Assembly: GCA_964035545.1 (NCBI GenBank)
Contig: OZ037766.1
Coordinates: 29,266,640-29,330,639 of the forward strand
DNA: 64,000 bases
From: Bugula neritina
Lineage: Eukaryota; Animalia; Bryozoa
Direction of reading: 5' to 3'
Below the pieces are notes generated by a model. The model saw nothing but the letters and a program-made list of their open reading frames with translations, was not told the DNA's origin and searched no databases. How positions within the stretch are numbered: the stretch's first letter is position 1; each line of letters opens with the position of its first letter. The translations under genes and the position numbers were made by a program. Positions 13,501-26,469 of the stretch are shown piece after piece.

Positions 13501-16459
13501 CTAATATAAGACATGCAGTGGTAAGACAATTCCGCAATATGTACCTCCCAATGTTGACTGTCTAAACTTCAAAATTTTATTTAGTCACCTTTTCTACTTT
13601 TAGATTATAGTATATAAAATTATTTAAATGAAAACTTTCATTTTAGCACTAGCAACTCTCAGTGTATACAAATGAAATTTTCATCTAAGCGATTGAAGCA
13701 AGTCTACAAAACTTATTTCTCATTATATACATCATAGACATGTTATATTACATACATACATAACTTTAGCAAGTAAAATTACCTCAAATAAATAGTTCCT
13801 ATAATTTTCAGGCAAAAAATAGTTTTCGTATTGCTTTATCCAGTTTTTATTGAAAGTCAAGAGGCAGACATGAAGAGAACTAAATCCAAGTTTACATATA
13901 CTTATATTCAAACTAATTACTCTGCGTTCTTCTAGCCTAGTCAGCATTGGATAAACTTGTGTATTGATAGGAAATATGTAACTATTTTATAAGCATGTAT
14001 TTCTAAAAGTATACAATGTAACAGAGTTGGGTCATCTTAGCTGGTGTACCACATCAACTATCTAAATATGGGGCCTGACTAAGAGAACCTATATTTCTTA
14101 GAAATAGTTAATAAATAATATCAGCTATTCTACCAAATGTCTTTGTTATCATATCATGTTACGCAATAACCATAACTGCACCCAAAGCAAATTTAAATAA
14201 GCCAGAAAGAACACAAATCTGCCTCTATATATGTGTGCATTGTTAAGATGGCATGATTCTCACAGGAAACCTGACTATTTTTGTTACAATAACAAACATT
14301 TATAGATATTATAGTATAAAAAAACATTTGCTTCAGCAGTATATCCTGCAGCAAAGCAGTAAAAGAGAAAACCTCATTTGTCTCCCAGTACAAGAAGGTA
14401 ACCAAATCTATCTAGAGTGAAATAAAAATATTTCCTTCAGATGCCCTACAATTTAGTGAAAATTAAAGCATAAATTTTCAAAGCTTGTACAAAGTTAATG
14501 GTAGAACTGCTTGTACAATCAAGTATAAATTTTATTCAAAATATAATAATAATAAAGGATGTGAAAAATTTGATTTTTAGTTAATGAATAATTAAGATCA
14601 TATTATTATGAAAAGTTAGTCTAATGGTGGAGAAAATGCCTCAATATTCTACTTTCTCTTTTGATTCATTCAGATAAAGACAAGGGAATGCTATTACAAC
14701 TACCAGCAGATGAGTGTATGATATTCCCTACAGTCTAATCAGCGGGTAAAGTACAGCAGCTATTACTGCAGGTGTGAGTGATTTTTTCGACTTTATAAAG
14801 TACCCTGTGTCCATGTGGTCTTGAAAGAAATGCGGTACCATGGCACCGTAATAGATATATCTTACTGACTTTAAACTGCATTGCTGCCGCTTCAAAGTCC
14901 AATCAGAGTAAACAACACAAGTTGAAAGACTTCTATTGATTGGCCAGATGATTTAATCATTAGATGTGTTATGTATCATGATTGGACCATTTCATGAATG
15001 GTATTAGAATAAATTGTAGTCACCCTGTGTGCTTGGAGAATATATCCAGTGCAGCTAGTAGTATGGTCATAACTTATGAGCAAGTACATTGCAACTAGCA
15101 ATTATATTTCTGTAGGTAACATCTAGTCAGCAATGAGGCCACGCCCACTGTTAGCAGCAGGGAGATTACGCTGAGAATATGAAATTCATCATGCACCCTT
15201 CTTTCAGATATAGGCTGACACAATGCTTGGTTTTAATGTGATGACAGTTGTTTACTAAACCTAGAGTAGATAGAGCTCAGCAAAGTAGATCTGGAATTTG
15301 AGGAATGAAAGATTTATCTGGTAGTACTTGAGCTAACACTCACTAGTTTACCAGCATTCAGATCTGCAGAATGTATCAGTCACGAGTTCCAGTCACAATC
15401 GTAATGAGAACAACAGGAGCTGAATATAAAAAACTGAAACAATCTCACTTGGGGTGATGCCTGCCTTATTAGTGGCAGCTGTGGACAAACAGGTTCAAAC
15501 AAGTGGCAATGTTTCCACTGTATAATAATGAGATTTTCATCTTCAGAGAAAAAAAAAATCTGGTTTTAATATTGTGAAGCAGATGGGTAAAAACAGGAAA
15601 CCAAAAAGCTGCAAAGAACACAAACCTATACCCCAATAATACTAGTAAAGTCTTTCATAGAAAATCTAGTCAACATGCATGCCTAATAACTATTAATGCC
15701 AACATTACACAATGCTTAGACAAGCATTGGCTATATTTTACTAGAGCATGCTAGGAAAGTGCAGCAAGCTAAGAATTGGGTATAAAATGCAGTGACACAC
15801 TCCTAATATTCACCTTATACCATTGTGTCACAAAGTCAATCCTATTAGCTAAGAGAATATGCAATAAAGAAAAGTGTAAGTTGATAGTAGACTCTGATAG
15901 TATATCATTACCCTGCAGCATAACTCATGCATTTACCCCAGCATGCTATTAGGGTGGAGGCTAGTAGAGTGGAGGTTAGCAGAGTGGAGACTAGTAGAGT
16001 GGAGGCTAGCAGGGTGGAGGCTAGTAGAGTGGAGGTTAGCAGAGTGGAGACTAGTAGAGTGGAGGCTAGCAGGGTGGAGGCTAGTAGAGTAGAGGTTAGC
16101 AGAGTGGAGGTTAGTAGAGTGGAGGCTAGCAGAGTAGAGGTTAGCAGGGTGGAGGTTAGTAGAGTGGAGGTTAGTAGAGTAGAGGTTAGTAGAGTGGAGG
16201 CTAGCAGAGTAGAGGTTAGCAGAGTGGAGGTTAGCAGAGTGGAGGCTAGCAGAGTGGAGGCTATCAGGGTGGAGGCTATCAGGGTGGAGGTTAGTAGAGT
16301 GGAGGCTAGCAGAGTAGAGGTTAGTAGAGTGGAGGTTAGTAGGGTGGAGGTTAGCAGAGTGGAGGTTAGTAGAGTGAAGTAGAACGGAGAAAAGTTCAAC
16401 TTACCTGTAATTTCTATAACAACACTTTGAATACCCTCATCTTTAGAAGTAACAGGCAT
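1..16459 (-). CDS. ATP7: Copper-transporting P1B-type ATPase (ATP7A/B orthologue), 5' part; continues beyond the left edge
   Basis: Frame-consistent GT-AG exons in transcript order: 16405-16459, 12445-12636, 11356-11493, 9616-9786, 6348-6506, 4825-4968, 4339-4509, 3456-3614, 2927-3151, 2422-2582, 902-1063, 373-533, 1-43 (truncated). They encode six HMA motifs (NMTCMSC x2, GMTCQSC x2, GMTCASC x2), then [14 protein letters not shown] (first TM helix) and [11 protein letters not shown], typical of ATP7. An in-frame stop lies upstream of the ATG at 16459. Confidence 0.95.
71..141. repeat. 12-bp tandem repeat (CATACCTGTTAG)n, about 6 copies
   Basis: Directly visible in an ATP7 intron near the acceptor of exon 1-43. 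Confidence 0.9.
259..352. repeat. 19-bp tandem repeat (AGAAGGTAACTGGSAGTRC)n, about 5 copies
   Basis: Directly visible just inside the donor of ATP7 exon 373-533. Confidence 0.9.
3386..3464. repeat. 24-bp tandem repeat (TGCATTGTGGGTAATTACTGACCT) spanning an ATP7 exon/donor junction; second array at about 6302-6356
   Basis: On the minus strand the unit reads CAATGCAAG|GTCAGTAATTACCCA, i.e. the exon end plus donor reiterated. Confidence 0.85.
3627..3925. repeat. AT-rich low-complexity minisatellite (TATTATGTGTATTATATA-like)
   Basis: Visible; produces the spurious Y/I/L/C ORFs; paralogous to 6519-6905. Confidence 0.9.
4634..4765. repeat. About 19-bp tandem repeat (CTGAGYTCTACACACAACA)n
   Basis: Visible; paralogous array at 11161-11292. 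Confidence 0.9.
6519..6905. repeat. AT-rich low-complexity minisatellite
   Basis: Same unit and same starting sequence as 3627-3925, next to the duplicated exon. Confidence 0.9.
7890..8025. repeat. Diverged repeat of about 38 bp (GCTTAGCTACCCCCTC..CTATATCA), about 4 copies
   Basis: Recurring CTTAGCTACCCCCTC core is visible. Confidence 0.7.
8605..9600. repeat. About 1-kb AT-rich minisatellite (TATATTATTTACTGTATATTATATT-like)
   Basis: Visible; abuts the donor of ATP7 exon 9616-9786. Confidence 0.95.
10432..10545. repeat. (GTAA)n tetranucleotide microsatellite
   Basis: Directly visible. Confidence 0.95.
11161..11292. repeat. About 19-bp tandem repeat (CTGAGYTCTACACAC..)n
   Basis: Paralogue of 4634-4765. 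Confidence 0.9.
12123..12343 (+). mobile_element. tRNA-derived SINE copy (central motif resembles a Meta-domain SINE core)
   Basis: B-box GGTTCGAGCCC at about 12188, then TGGTGATGTTAGGAAGAGCATCCAGTCATAA and AATAAGTCCTTAGCC.GATTTAA; an alignable inverted copy lies at 49553-49735. The family assignment is from memory of the core motif only. Confidence 0.7.
15950..16380. repeat. 15-bp minisatellite (AGAGTGGAGGYTAGY)n, about 28 copies
   Basis: Visible; gives the spurious (VEVSR)n and (TSTLL)n ORFs; lies just inside the donor of the first ATP7 coding exon. Confidence 0.95.
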
Positions 16460-19143
16460 TATGGGGGTAGTAGTGGCAATTTAGTGTTCATATCAAAGTC
16501 ATATCTACAATATAAAAAGACATATACACCTACAGTCAATATAACATGCACATTTATCGGCTTATAACATGCTGGCATAATGGAAACAAGCATTGTTTTT
16601 TAGAACTTTTATACAGAAATAGAAAAATAAAATCTGTCTTTTATTTTTACATACTTGCAACTGGTAGCACTGTTAATACCCACAATGCACCACTATTTAG
16701 AAAAACTGAGTTAAGAGTTTACTAATCCCTAAATGTTAAACCAGGCAGTCACAATTCATGGATTAAGACTCAAGTAGTTGAAGGTGACTTTAGAGCAATG
16801 CTAAATACCTTGCCAGTAAATTTTGTTACTATTTGTCACACTATCTAACAGTGGAAATGTGGTGTTACAACTATTTAATGAAAAAGACCAGATGGAAGGG
16901 GAATGACTCAATAGAACAAGGAAAAGCTACATACTACACAGTTTCATATTAATATACTAGGAAATCCACTTCCCAAAATGTAATTACAGCTGTGCTTCAA
17001 CACACTGAGGCTAATATTGGATTGGGTAATCACAAAAAGTAGGCATAATGGAAGGAATTAGCAATTGCTATGTCATGCATAAAGAACAATTGATGCAGAA
17101 GACTGAATCATTTTGACTGAAAGTAACACAAAAATATATTTTCAAGAAACATAAACACATACCAGAGTAATAGAAGTGAAACTGATATCAAGTTATAAAT
17201 TATAGCATAACAGACCTGTGATCAAACCCTAACTTCGCTAAGTTCATCATTTCAACATACAGTCTGCCAAACCCTCACCGCTACTTGATAATAATGAATC
17301 TAAGGCTAAACTGCAGGTGACATACTAAGACTAGTAAAGTGAAGGACAGTTATGTTACTAGCCACTGAGTTCTTTATCAGTGGTAATTAGTAAGGGCTAG
17401 TTGGGATTGGTCCAATACTGATAAAAATACTAGATACCATACCAACCCATGAGAGGTTGTTATCTTCTAACACCACACCACACCATGTGAGAAACAGGGA
17501 AGGCAAAAGTATTGTAGTGAATTTTAATTTCTTTAAAGTAGCTTATAGTGTATTGTTATGAGTGACAGAATAATTGAAAAGCTTCAAGTAATGCAAAACC
17601 ACCACGAAATAAACCTACTTGATGCAAGCAATTGACATCAATCATTTTTATTAATTGTTATCAATTAATGTGTTCATTCAACTTTTCTTTTACGTTACTC
17701 TTTTTATCATAGATTCAATAACCTGGTTGCAGTTCTAGTCTAAGTATTAGTATTTTGCATTTATATAGCTCTGATAACCATATTATATTATATAAGCTCC
17801 CAGTTAGTAGTTTGTCAAAGTGATGTAAATATTTACCAAGAAAAAGTGAAGCACAAATGAATAATAATGGTTGTCCTTTATTTACTTTGTTGCATCCCTA
17901 ACAAAAGTGTTGTAGCCTTAAAACACATGGATATGGCCAGTATAAAAGCACAATACTCTATACTGATAAACTCATACACACTTCCATTCTGTGGTTTGGG
18001 AGAGAGCAGTAACTAACCAATGTTCATCAACTTCCAGTGCATATTATAACATCCAAACTGCTTACACAGAAAGAGTTATTTAATTTAGATTCAAGTGATT
18101 TACATTACGTTTGGTTTTCACTTGTTCAGATTGAAAATGACTGACATTTCAAACATAAAAATCAATTAAAAATATCTATTCTAAAGTTAATGAGGATTAT
18201 CTATATTGAAAACACAGTACTTGCGGTTTTTAAAGAACCCTCAACAGTCTGTATGATAAATTTATGGCTGACACTACAATAAGTACATACACTAAAGTAT
18301 TGTCTTTCCCTTTATATACTATTACGCTAATATTTTATATTAGGGAGCACATATGATGGGTCTGATGATGCAACTGGGGAATTAAGTACTATGTTTCGAT
18401 CTCAGTTTCTCTCAGAATTTTAGCTAGGGTATGATAGGCCAGTTATAATATAAGAACTAAGGCTTTCACTATGCAAAAATGAGGAACATAAGCTACTTGT
18501 AGCCATAACAGTAAATTCACTGTCAACTCAACTGAAGCCATACAACTAATAAAAAAAATATAAATAGTCATAATGAATGCATACCTAAGGAATAGCAATG
18601 ATAGTATTATTTACAGTACGATAAAAAAAACTAATACTGTTTACATTTCTTTCAGCTGAAAAGACTACACTATGAGCTTATCTTTAGCCGTACATGTAGC
18701 TAAGACTGAGGTTTTAATAAACTGAAATTCAAGAATATGTTAAAACTATTATTAATGAAGGTATAACTATCATAACTTTAATTGTTTTCACTTAGTTTCA
18801 GCACTATCATTTCACAACTATCATTAGAATACCAAGTGTTAGTACCACTAAAATATCACTGCGACTCATACTTTGAGTATGGATATGAAACAGTATCAGT
18901 ATCATTATCAGCAAAAATGTGATTCAACAACCTCACATGACTTAGGTCAGTCAAAATGAAAGTGATTACAGTAAATTTCAACAAAGGGTTGCGAAAGACA
19001 TGGGCTACAGAAAACCTGTTTAAGTTTATATACATGAGTCATATGAATACGATATACACTTTCAAAAAGTAACACTCACAGTCAAAGTCACTATAACAAG
19101 CTTTAGAATAAAACTCATAACTGGCTTATAATTGACGTTAATG

Positions 19144-19510
19144 TTATAGTATAAGTATTACTATTACCATTACTAGTAGTAGTAACACTAAGTCTAATAC
19201 TAATAGTAATAATAATAGCAAGAGTAATACAACTACTAATAATATCAAATGCAATACTAGTACTAGTAGTAATAATAATAGTAATAGTAATAATATTGGT
19301 ATTACTTTTGCTACTATTACTAACATTAGTATAACTATACGTATTAGTAATACTAGTACTACTACTAACACTAATAGTAATACTTATACTAATAGTAATA
19401 GTAATAATTAATTTAATACTAATAGCAATACTAATAGTAATTCATTAGTAATTGTAATAGAGTAATACTAATAGTAATAGTAATACTAATACTAATGCTA
19501 ATAGTAATTA
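19144..19510. repeat. Degenerate (TAA/TAG/TAC)n trinucleotide repeat
   Basis: Directly visible. Confidence 0.85.
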
Positions 19511-22073
19511 AATTTAACATCAATTTAAATTTACATAAACTTAAAGGTGGGGGTTAATAATTTATATTTATTGTTATACCTTTAGTTCGGCTTATACTAT
19601 AAAAATAATCATAATCATAATGATAATCATGAAGTGATGATGGATCACCATGATCATGATCATCATCTTGATCTAATCAAATGCTTGTACTGAACTTGTA
19701 GTTATATTTATATTAATATTTTAATTTATATTATAATTGAGTTATAACTATAAAATCAAGTTATGGTTATTTAGTTAGTAAAACTAATAGTAATAGTAAT
19801 AGTAATAGTAATAGTAATACAGTATTAGTTATCCACTTAAGACTTATAGTTGTAAGGTTTAATACCTAGATCAGTGTGCGAAAATAAGAGCGATGATCAA
19901 ACTAAGAATGAACTAATGCAGCACTTCACAGTTTATAGTAATAGTAACGAATGACCTTTATAGTTTATTCCATAATTATAATAAATTCTAATTAGTCATT
20001 AGTTACTATATGGATTAGCTATACGGCATCATACAGCTTCTAGCTCTTTGCAGACTCTCTGATCTGCAGCAAATCACCGAACTGGAAAAATAAAAGTTTA
20101 TTATGATGTTGCGCACAGTTTAAGTTAAACCACGCCTACTATATTCTCGATTCACCCCAATAAACTATAACAATTAAGCCTTGACACTAGCCTGGTGTTG
20201 CTTTCAAAGATGGTCCCGCACACTGAACTAGTTCGGTGGTCCCCCATAGGATTCTAAACAATGAGCTGGAAAATAGTTCTAGTTCAGTGATTCTAAACTC
20301 TAAACTAACTAAAATAAATTTTTACACAATGTGAAGAGTTGTCTTTTTCGTTATTTGATGTAGCACAACTCTTGCAACCATTCATGCTGAATGTTTAGTA
20401 ATAATCATGAGTATCATGCTTAAACACCAATATAATATTTTAAATAATGATCTATCTATGAAAAATACTTCAATACACAATTTCAATGTTTCCATTGCAA
20501 TCTGCATGCATAGTTGAAATTATTATTTCATAATAAAATACTCTTTTTAACTTAATTATTCTAATTATAAACATTATCTACAATATTATATTGCATTCAT
20601 ATAATATAGGCTTAAACTATAATTTACTTTAACAAGCTTAAAACTATATTTACTGTGTTAGCTGAAATAGTTTACTTGACTTAAAAACTTAAATACGTGT
20701 AAATAACTTGTTGAAAGTCGTGAAAACAAAAATGTTTAACTTATTGTTTTGATTTTTACACCGATAACAGTCTAATTAATAACTTATAATTATAATTATA
20801 ATAACTTGACAATGTTTTATCGGGATTTACTCAACATTATAATGCATATTATTGCATCTACAATTTAAACTGTATTGGAGAGACAAAATGGCTAATTTAG
20901 TTAAATAAATTGCGTGTCTAGCTGCAATTGGAATTATCTATAGTTGGCAAATTCATAAAAGTGTATCAACATAATATAAATGCTTGTAGTAATACATATA
21001 ATATGAATAAAGCCAGAATTAAATTTAGAATCATTTTACCTCCAATTATCCTAACTTTTTAGATACATTCATTGTATGACACAAATTTTAGGAGTTTACA
21101 TTAAACAAATCATTTACTCTGCAAATTATTCTAAATACATGTATTTGTTCACATAAGTTAAAATTTTAGTTATAAATTTTATAACCGGAGTTCTTTTGGT
21201 AAGTAAAATTAGTTAAAACATATAATTTTTTTTCAGCATCTCAATAAAAAAGCAGACAGAAATAAAGGAATAATGAGTGCTACAGTATATAAAAATCAAT
21301 GTTTATTGCACAGTTACACTAAAGGAATCAATAGTGTTACAATTATATTGCTGTTATCATGATGTTGTTGTTCTATTGTCATATCAAATCATTCTAAACT
21401 ATGGCGTTGTTTATGCTTATATGCTGAATTAGAATTGATGAGTAACTAGTCAATACAATGTAATCAGGGAACACCGACTCCCAATAGAAACTAGAAAGAA
21501 CCGACTGTAGATATGTGTTTTAATTACCGCTCACAGTTTATTGAACTGTATTCATTCTGAATTAATAGACTCATTCAGTGAGTCCTCTTTTTACTTCTCA
21601 AACACATGACTCTGTAAACAGCTATCAAGTTTACTAACACTTCTGTAAGGTAAGGTCAGGTTTTATAACGCTTTGTTTAACCTTCGAATTTTCAAAATAT
21701 TTAATATATTACATTTGAACATTGGAGGTATTTTATAGTGTTTTGGATAGAATCTTTGCTCTTGCATATACTTCCAAGGTTAGCACATGTAATTTTCAGA
21801 TTTTGAAAACTTTGACATGCATGTGTATATCCCTTATATATGTGCACCCTTGTTATTGATGGCAGATTATAAACACATGACTGAGATGGAAAAAGTTTTA
21901 ATTTCGTGGTTTTAAAATTTATTGTCATCCGTTGTTTTTTTCTCTGTTAGCTATCAAAAAGTTGTAAGCAAAGAAGATCTATTGGTATAATATGGTTTTA
22001 TTTAAACTTAAATTTCAATTCATTATTAAAAGATGTTCTTCTCAGTGTTTTGGGCATGAATTCAGGTTAGATT

Positions 22074-25000
22074 ATGACGGAAGATGGCAGCATTGACAGA
22101 CTTAGATCTCAGCACAGTTACTTAGATAGTAGAACTGCACAGCTAGTAAGTCAGAAAGGAACAGTGCGAGGGATTAGAAACAGAGTCAGATCTTCCATCT
22201 TTAGACACCAATGCCAACAGAAAGTGAGTCTTATTAAGAACATTCTAGAAGATCAGAGTTTGAAGCACGAGCACCTCCCCCACCCCCCACCCCCCTGTGC
22301 CTCAAACTCCTTCAATCTGCTTGTTTGTAAACAAATATGAGGGAAGCAGGTCGAACTGAAGTGGTTGACACTTTACATAATAGCAGTTATTTAATCAAAG
22401 ACCCCTTTGAGATCTTTTTACAGAGATTATGACTTTAAAAAGTATGCCAGTTGTAATAATTATGTTGTCTACATTAAGCTGTATACTAGCAGTAACCATC
22501 AGTCTACTTTAATAGATAGCTAGCAGTATACTAGCAGTGTACTAGCAGTATACTAACAGTGTACTAGTATTGTACTAGCTGTGTACTAGCAGTGTACTAG
22601 CAGTGTACAGATAGTTTGCTAGTAGTTTACTAGGGAAATTATCAACTGTGATTCCATAGCAGCTGCCCATTTGCAGCTGTAACTAACATCCATTACAGTC
22701 TAGAATCTAGATGTAGTATTAGTACTAGGTATTGCCATCATAGTTTAAGCCCAAGAGATCAAACTTTGCTTTGAGGCTGCGTATAGCTTATTTTGAAATC
22801 TTCTGCAACTGAGCATTTGAGTCCCAATAATCAAGGAAAAATCAAAACAAACCACACAATAGCTAATAAAATTCTTTCTATAGATGCTTCACAGTCGCAC
22901 CAGAATTGTAAAAGAGCATAATAATATATTATGTATAATATTAGTTGACCAACAGCAGAGCAACTGCATCGTAGAGTAAAAACAGCTTAAGGTAAAAATT
23001 ACTCCTGACTGACTAACTCTTATTTTGTCTATCATAATCAACTGTCATTAAATACTTAGACAAAATTTGCACAATTTTTATAACAGCAATATAATATAAT
23101 GATGCATGCTAGGATAGATATCCATCCCATGAAGTTGTCTTCCCAACCTTACAGTGCATGATGAGAATGTACAGCATTAGCATTTGGAAACGTTAATTGT
23201 AAGTGTTGAAAGTTAATGCAGGAAAGCATTACTAAAAGTGTTATACTTTACTCGTTTTGCTTATATAAGCTAATAAGATATTACTTGCAAAACTGTGTTA
23301 AGGGCATCTAGCTATAGATATTTTGTCTTCGTTTAATGCAAGAAATTAATAATAATTTGATGACCATGCATAACCAAATAAGGTAATGGTAACAATTAGC
23401 AAACTAATCAGTAGACCTATTCAAAACTAAGCAAAGATTTCAATTATATAAGCAACATATTATTTTTTGCCAGTGCTAAAACCCAATGTAAAAGTTATAT
23501 GAATTTTTTTATTTCCTAGAAGACAGTGAAGACCCAAAGTTAGTCTATGAATAACTAAAATTGCTTATCACATTAGTCATTACATAGGCTTTTATAAAAG
23601 CAATATAAAAATCATTAAAATTTGTAAACCTAAATTAAAAAATTTAAGTGACTTGTCATAACTTATAAAGAGTTTTTTATTTTGGTAGCAATCCCAATAC
23701 CTTTTGTAAAATATACATACATTTTTATAATTATTTAAACTTTGAAAGGGCAAGAACAAGGTAGCTGAAGAAAAGAATAAAGTTGTGATTTATGTGACAT
23801 CCATGTCGGTCATAAGAGACACCTATGAAAAGTGTCACAGAGTCACTAAAATATTATATAATCACAGAATACAATACGAGTTTCGAGATGTCAGTGTGAG
23901 CAGGGAATACCTACAGGAACTAAAAGAGAGACTTGACACTGACCACCCGTCTATTCCACAGGTGTTTGCAGGGGGACTGTGGCTAGGTGTAAGTTATCAC
24001 AAGTTCTTTTATTATAGTATCTTTGCTAAACCCAGTAAAACTGCTCTGCAATATATTGATCAGTCATCTTTCAGTATATACTAAACCAAAATAAAAGCTC
24101 ATATGTGTGTTTAGTCACGTTCTTTGTGAGAAGCGTGTGAATAGGTTGGGGCGGATAGAGATTGTGCCCTCAAGCCTATAATTTATATATAGCTCCTGTG
24201 TTACACATCAGTACAATGTTACCATAAAGGAGCAAAGCTTCCTGCTCGCCATCTACTGTACTATGGCTGTTCTTTTAGTACTCCAGAAAGCACTTGTATT
24301 CATTCACCTAGTAGATATGTTATGTAAAAACATAGTATATAGCTCATGGAAAACAATCTCTCTACAAACAACTGCATGTACATGTATAATGTATGGTATA
24401 GTGTGCACTAGTTAGGAATACATTTGAAATTTTGTTAACATGAAATTCAAGCAAGTTAAGCATTGATGTTTCGAGTTGTTATAGATGAAACCTATCTCTA
24501 TAACAATATTTTATAACTATATTATGTAGTATATTATGTTAATATAAGTTTTATTGATACAAACATCATTTTGCAGTTGTCTTTTCTAGAACGAAAAATA
24601 TCAAAAGATCATAACTCCATGAGCCCTTACAAAAGTGAATAATTTTGGTTAGAAACATTAATGGAATGAGGTTAACAGAATTTCAAGCAATTCTAATAAT
24701 TCTTCCAATACTATTTCATTTTTAAAAACTTTGCCTGATCGAACCAACATGTTTGAAACATTGAATGTTATATAATATATTATAATATAAGTTATTAACA
24801 TAACTTACACACTTCATGCATGGGAAACACTATATAGATTTTTCAGAAATTTTGTTGTTTGCAGCGATATGTCTTTGTTTCTGCATACTTTTAAAACATA
24901 GATTTGTTAAATTATTAAACAGAAAACTAAATTAATTTATTGACCGTTTTTAGGGTTGTGAGGAGATCTTTTCACTGAATGAAACAGGAGAGCTACTTAG

Positions 25001-26469
25001 ACTATTAGAGTCATATCCAGTGAGTACAATACATTGCAATGCGTTGCAGTACGTAGTGCATTGCAGCATTAAACTACCATGCACTACAATACATTATATT
25101 GCAGGACATTGTAACACACTACAGCATATTAGAGTGCAGTATATTGCAGTACATTAACAGAACATTGCAGCACAATTTACTGCTATGCAGTGAATGGCAT
25201 TGAAGTGCAGTACATTACAGAAACAGAGATTCTAGTTTCATTTTTTGCTGTTATATAAATTTTTTTATTTTGAAAAACAAAAATCAAAACATCTGCTGAT
25301 TGGATTTGCAAACAAACTTTGTTGCATTGATTTAGTAATGAATAAACATTGCTTATACTCACGACACCTTTAGCTTTTCTTGCATAAAAAAATAACATGG
25401 TTTTAGTGAATAATTTAGAAAAAAGAGAAAAAAGTTTAATTCGGTGCAGCGCTGTGTATAAAAAAATGCATTAAAAATTAATTGAATAAAAATCAGTAGC
25501 CGCAAATCATCAACATCATTTATTCACTTTTAAAATTACTTTGATACTGACATCTTGAGTTTGGGTAGAAATAGACAACATAATATCTTCCTACTAATAA
25601 GATATTATCTCCCTAATTAGGTGAATCATGACTCACAGTTTGAACTATAGAGAACAGAAGCTGACTTAACCAAAGAATATTAATGTCAAATTATAAGACA
25701 GCAGTGCATAGCCAGAGTCTCTTGGGGTTTGGTTTCAGCATCACTTGCATCACGTATACAGGACGTGTGGGCAACAAATGTTTAGCAAGAAAGTCAATTT
25801 ATTCCAAAACACAACAGCTTGTTGGGGTCTACGACCTCATTCCCATTTGACAAAACTAGCTGCTAGTCTAGTCTACTATCCCACTATAGTACCTACTAAG
25901 AGAAACAATCTAGTCAGTGTATACCTTAATCTGTTGTTTCGTAATCTGCTATTATGCAACCAGCATAATATAATTTTCCAATAAAATTTAATATGAAGGG
26001 TTTTCAATATAAAAATATAATACAAAAAATATAGTGCAATACCTTAAATACCTTCAAAGATTAAAGATAAAAATACACTTTGTTTTAAATACAAGTCCTA
26101 CTGCATCAATATTTAGCTGCACTTTTTAGGCTTTGATTTCTTGGAAGTTTGCCAAAATTTGCTTGTATTCAAAAATAGTTTTACAAGAGACATAATGCTT
26201 TGAAATTTTTGCACCTAGTAATTTCTTTTGGTTCATACATAGGTCTATTTTTCTAAAAAGCACTGCAATATCATTATTTCTCTTTTTTACAGAAGGTAGA
26301 TCCAGGGTCTTTTACTTGTGATGATTGTGGGGGCTATGGGTTCGTCCCCTGCACATATTGTAAAGGCTCCAAGAAATCAACTAAGGTTGAATCGGCTCTT
26401 GTTTCCCTGAAATGCATTAGATGTGACAAGACTGGGCTGATGCACTGCCCAGCCTGTAAAGAAGCCTAG
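22074..26469 (+). CDS. GRXCR: Glutaredoxin domain-containing cysteine-rich protein (GRXCR1/2-like), about 210 aa
   Basis: Exons 22074-22223, 23749-23988, 24954-25019, 26293-26469, all phase 0. Motifs GTVRGIRNRVR, VVIYVTSMSVIRDTYEKC, PQVFAGGLWLGG, LNETGEL, and C-terminal CDDCGGYGFVPCTYCKGSKK...CIRCDKTGLMHCPAC. Confidence 0.92.
22518..22612. repeat. 11-bp tandem repeat (CTAGCAGTGTA)n
   Basis: Directly visible in GRXCR intron 1. Confidence 0.85.

Noticed and set aside
14890-15150. Cluster of CCAAT and GC-box-like motifs in ATP7 intron 1 (possible internal promoter)
   Set aside because: Short motifs only, with no TSS evidence.
15908-16404. (TSTLL)n and (VEVSR)n repeat ORFs
   Set aside because: A stop-free 15-bp minisatellite; the real exon ends at a canonical GTAAGT donor at 16404.
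20221-20289. 11-bp inverted repeat CACTGAACTAG...CTAGTTCAGTG
   Set aside because: Short enough to be expected by chance in 64 kb of AT-rich DNA; no TSD or other support.
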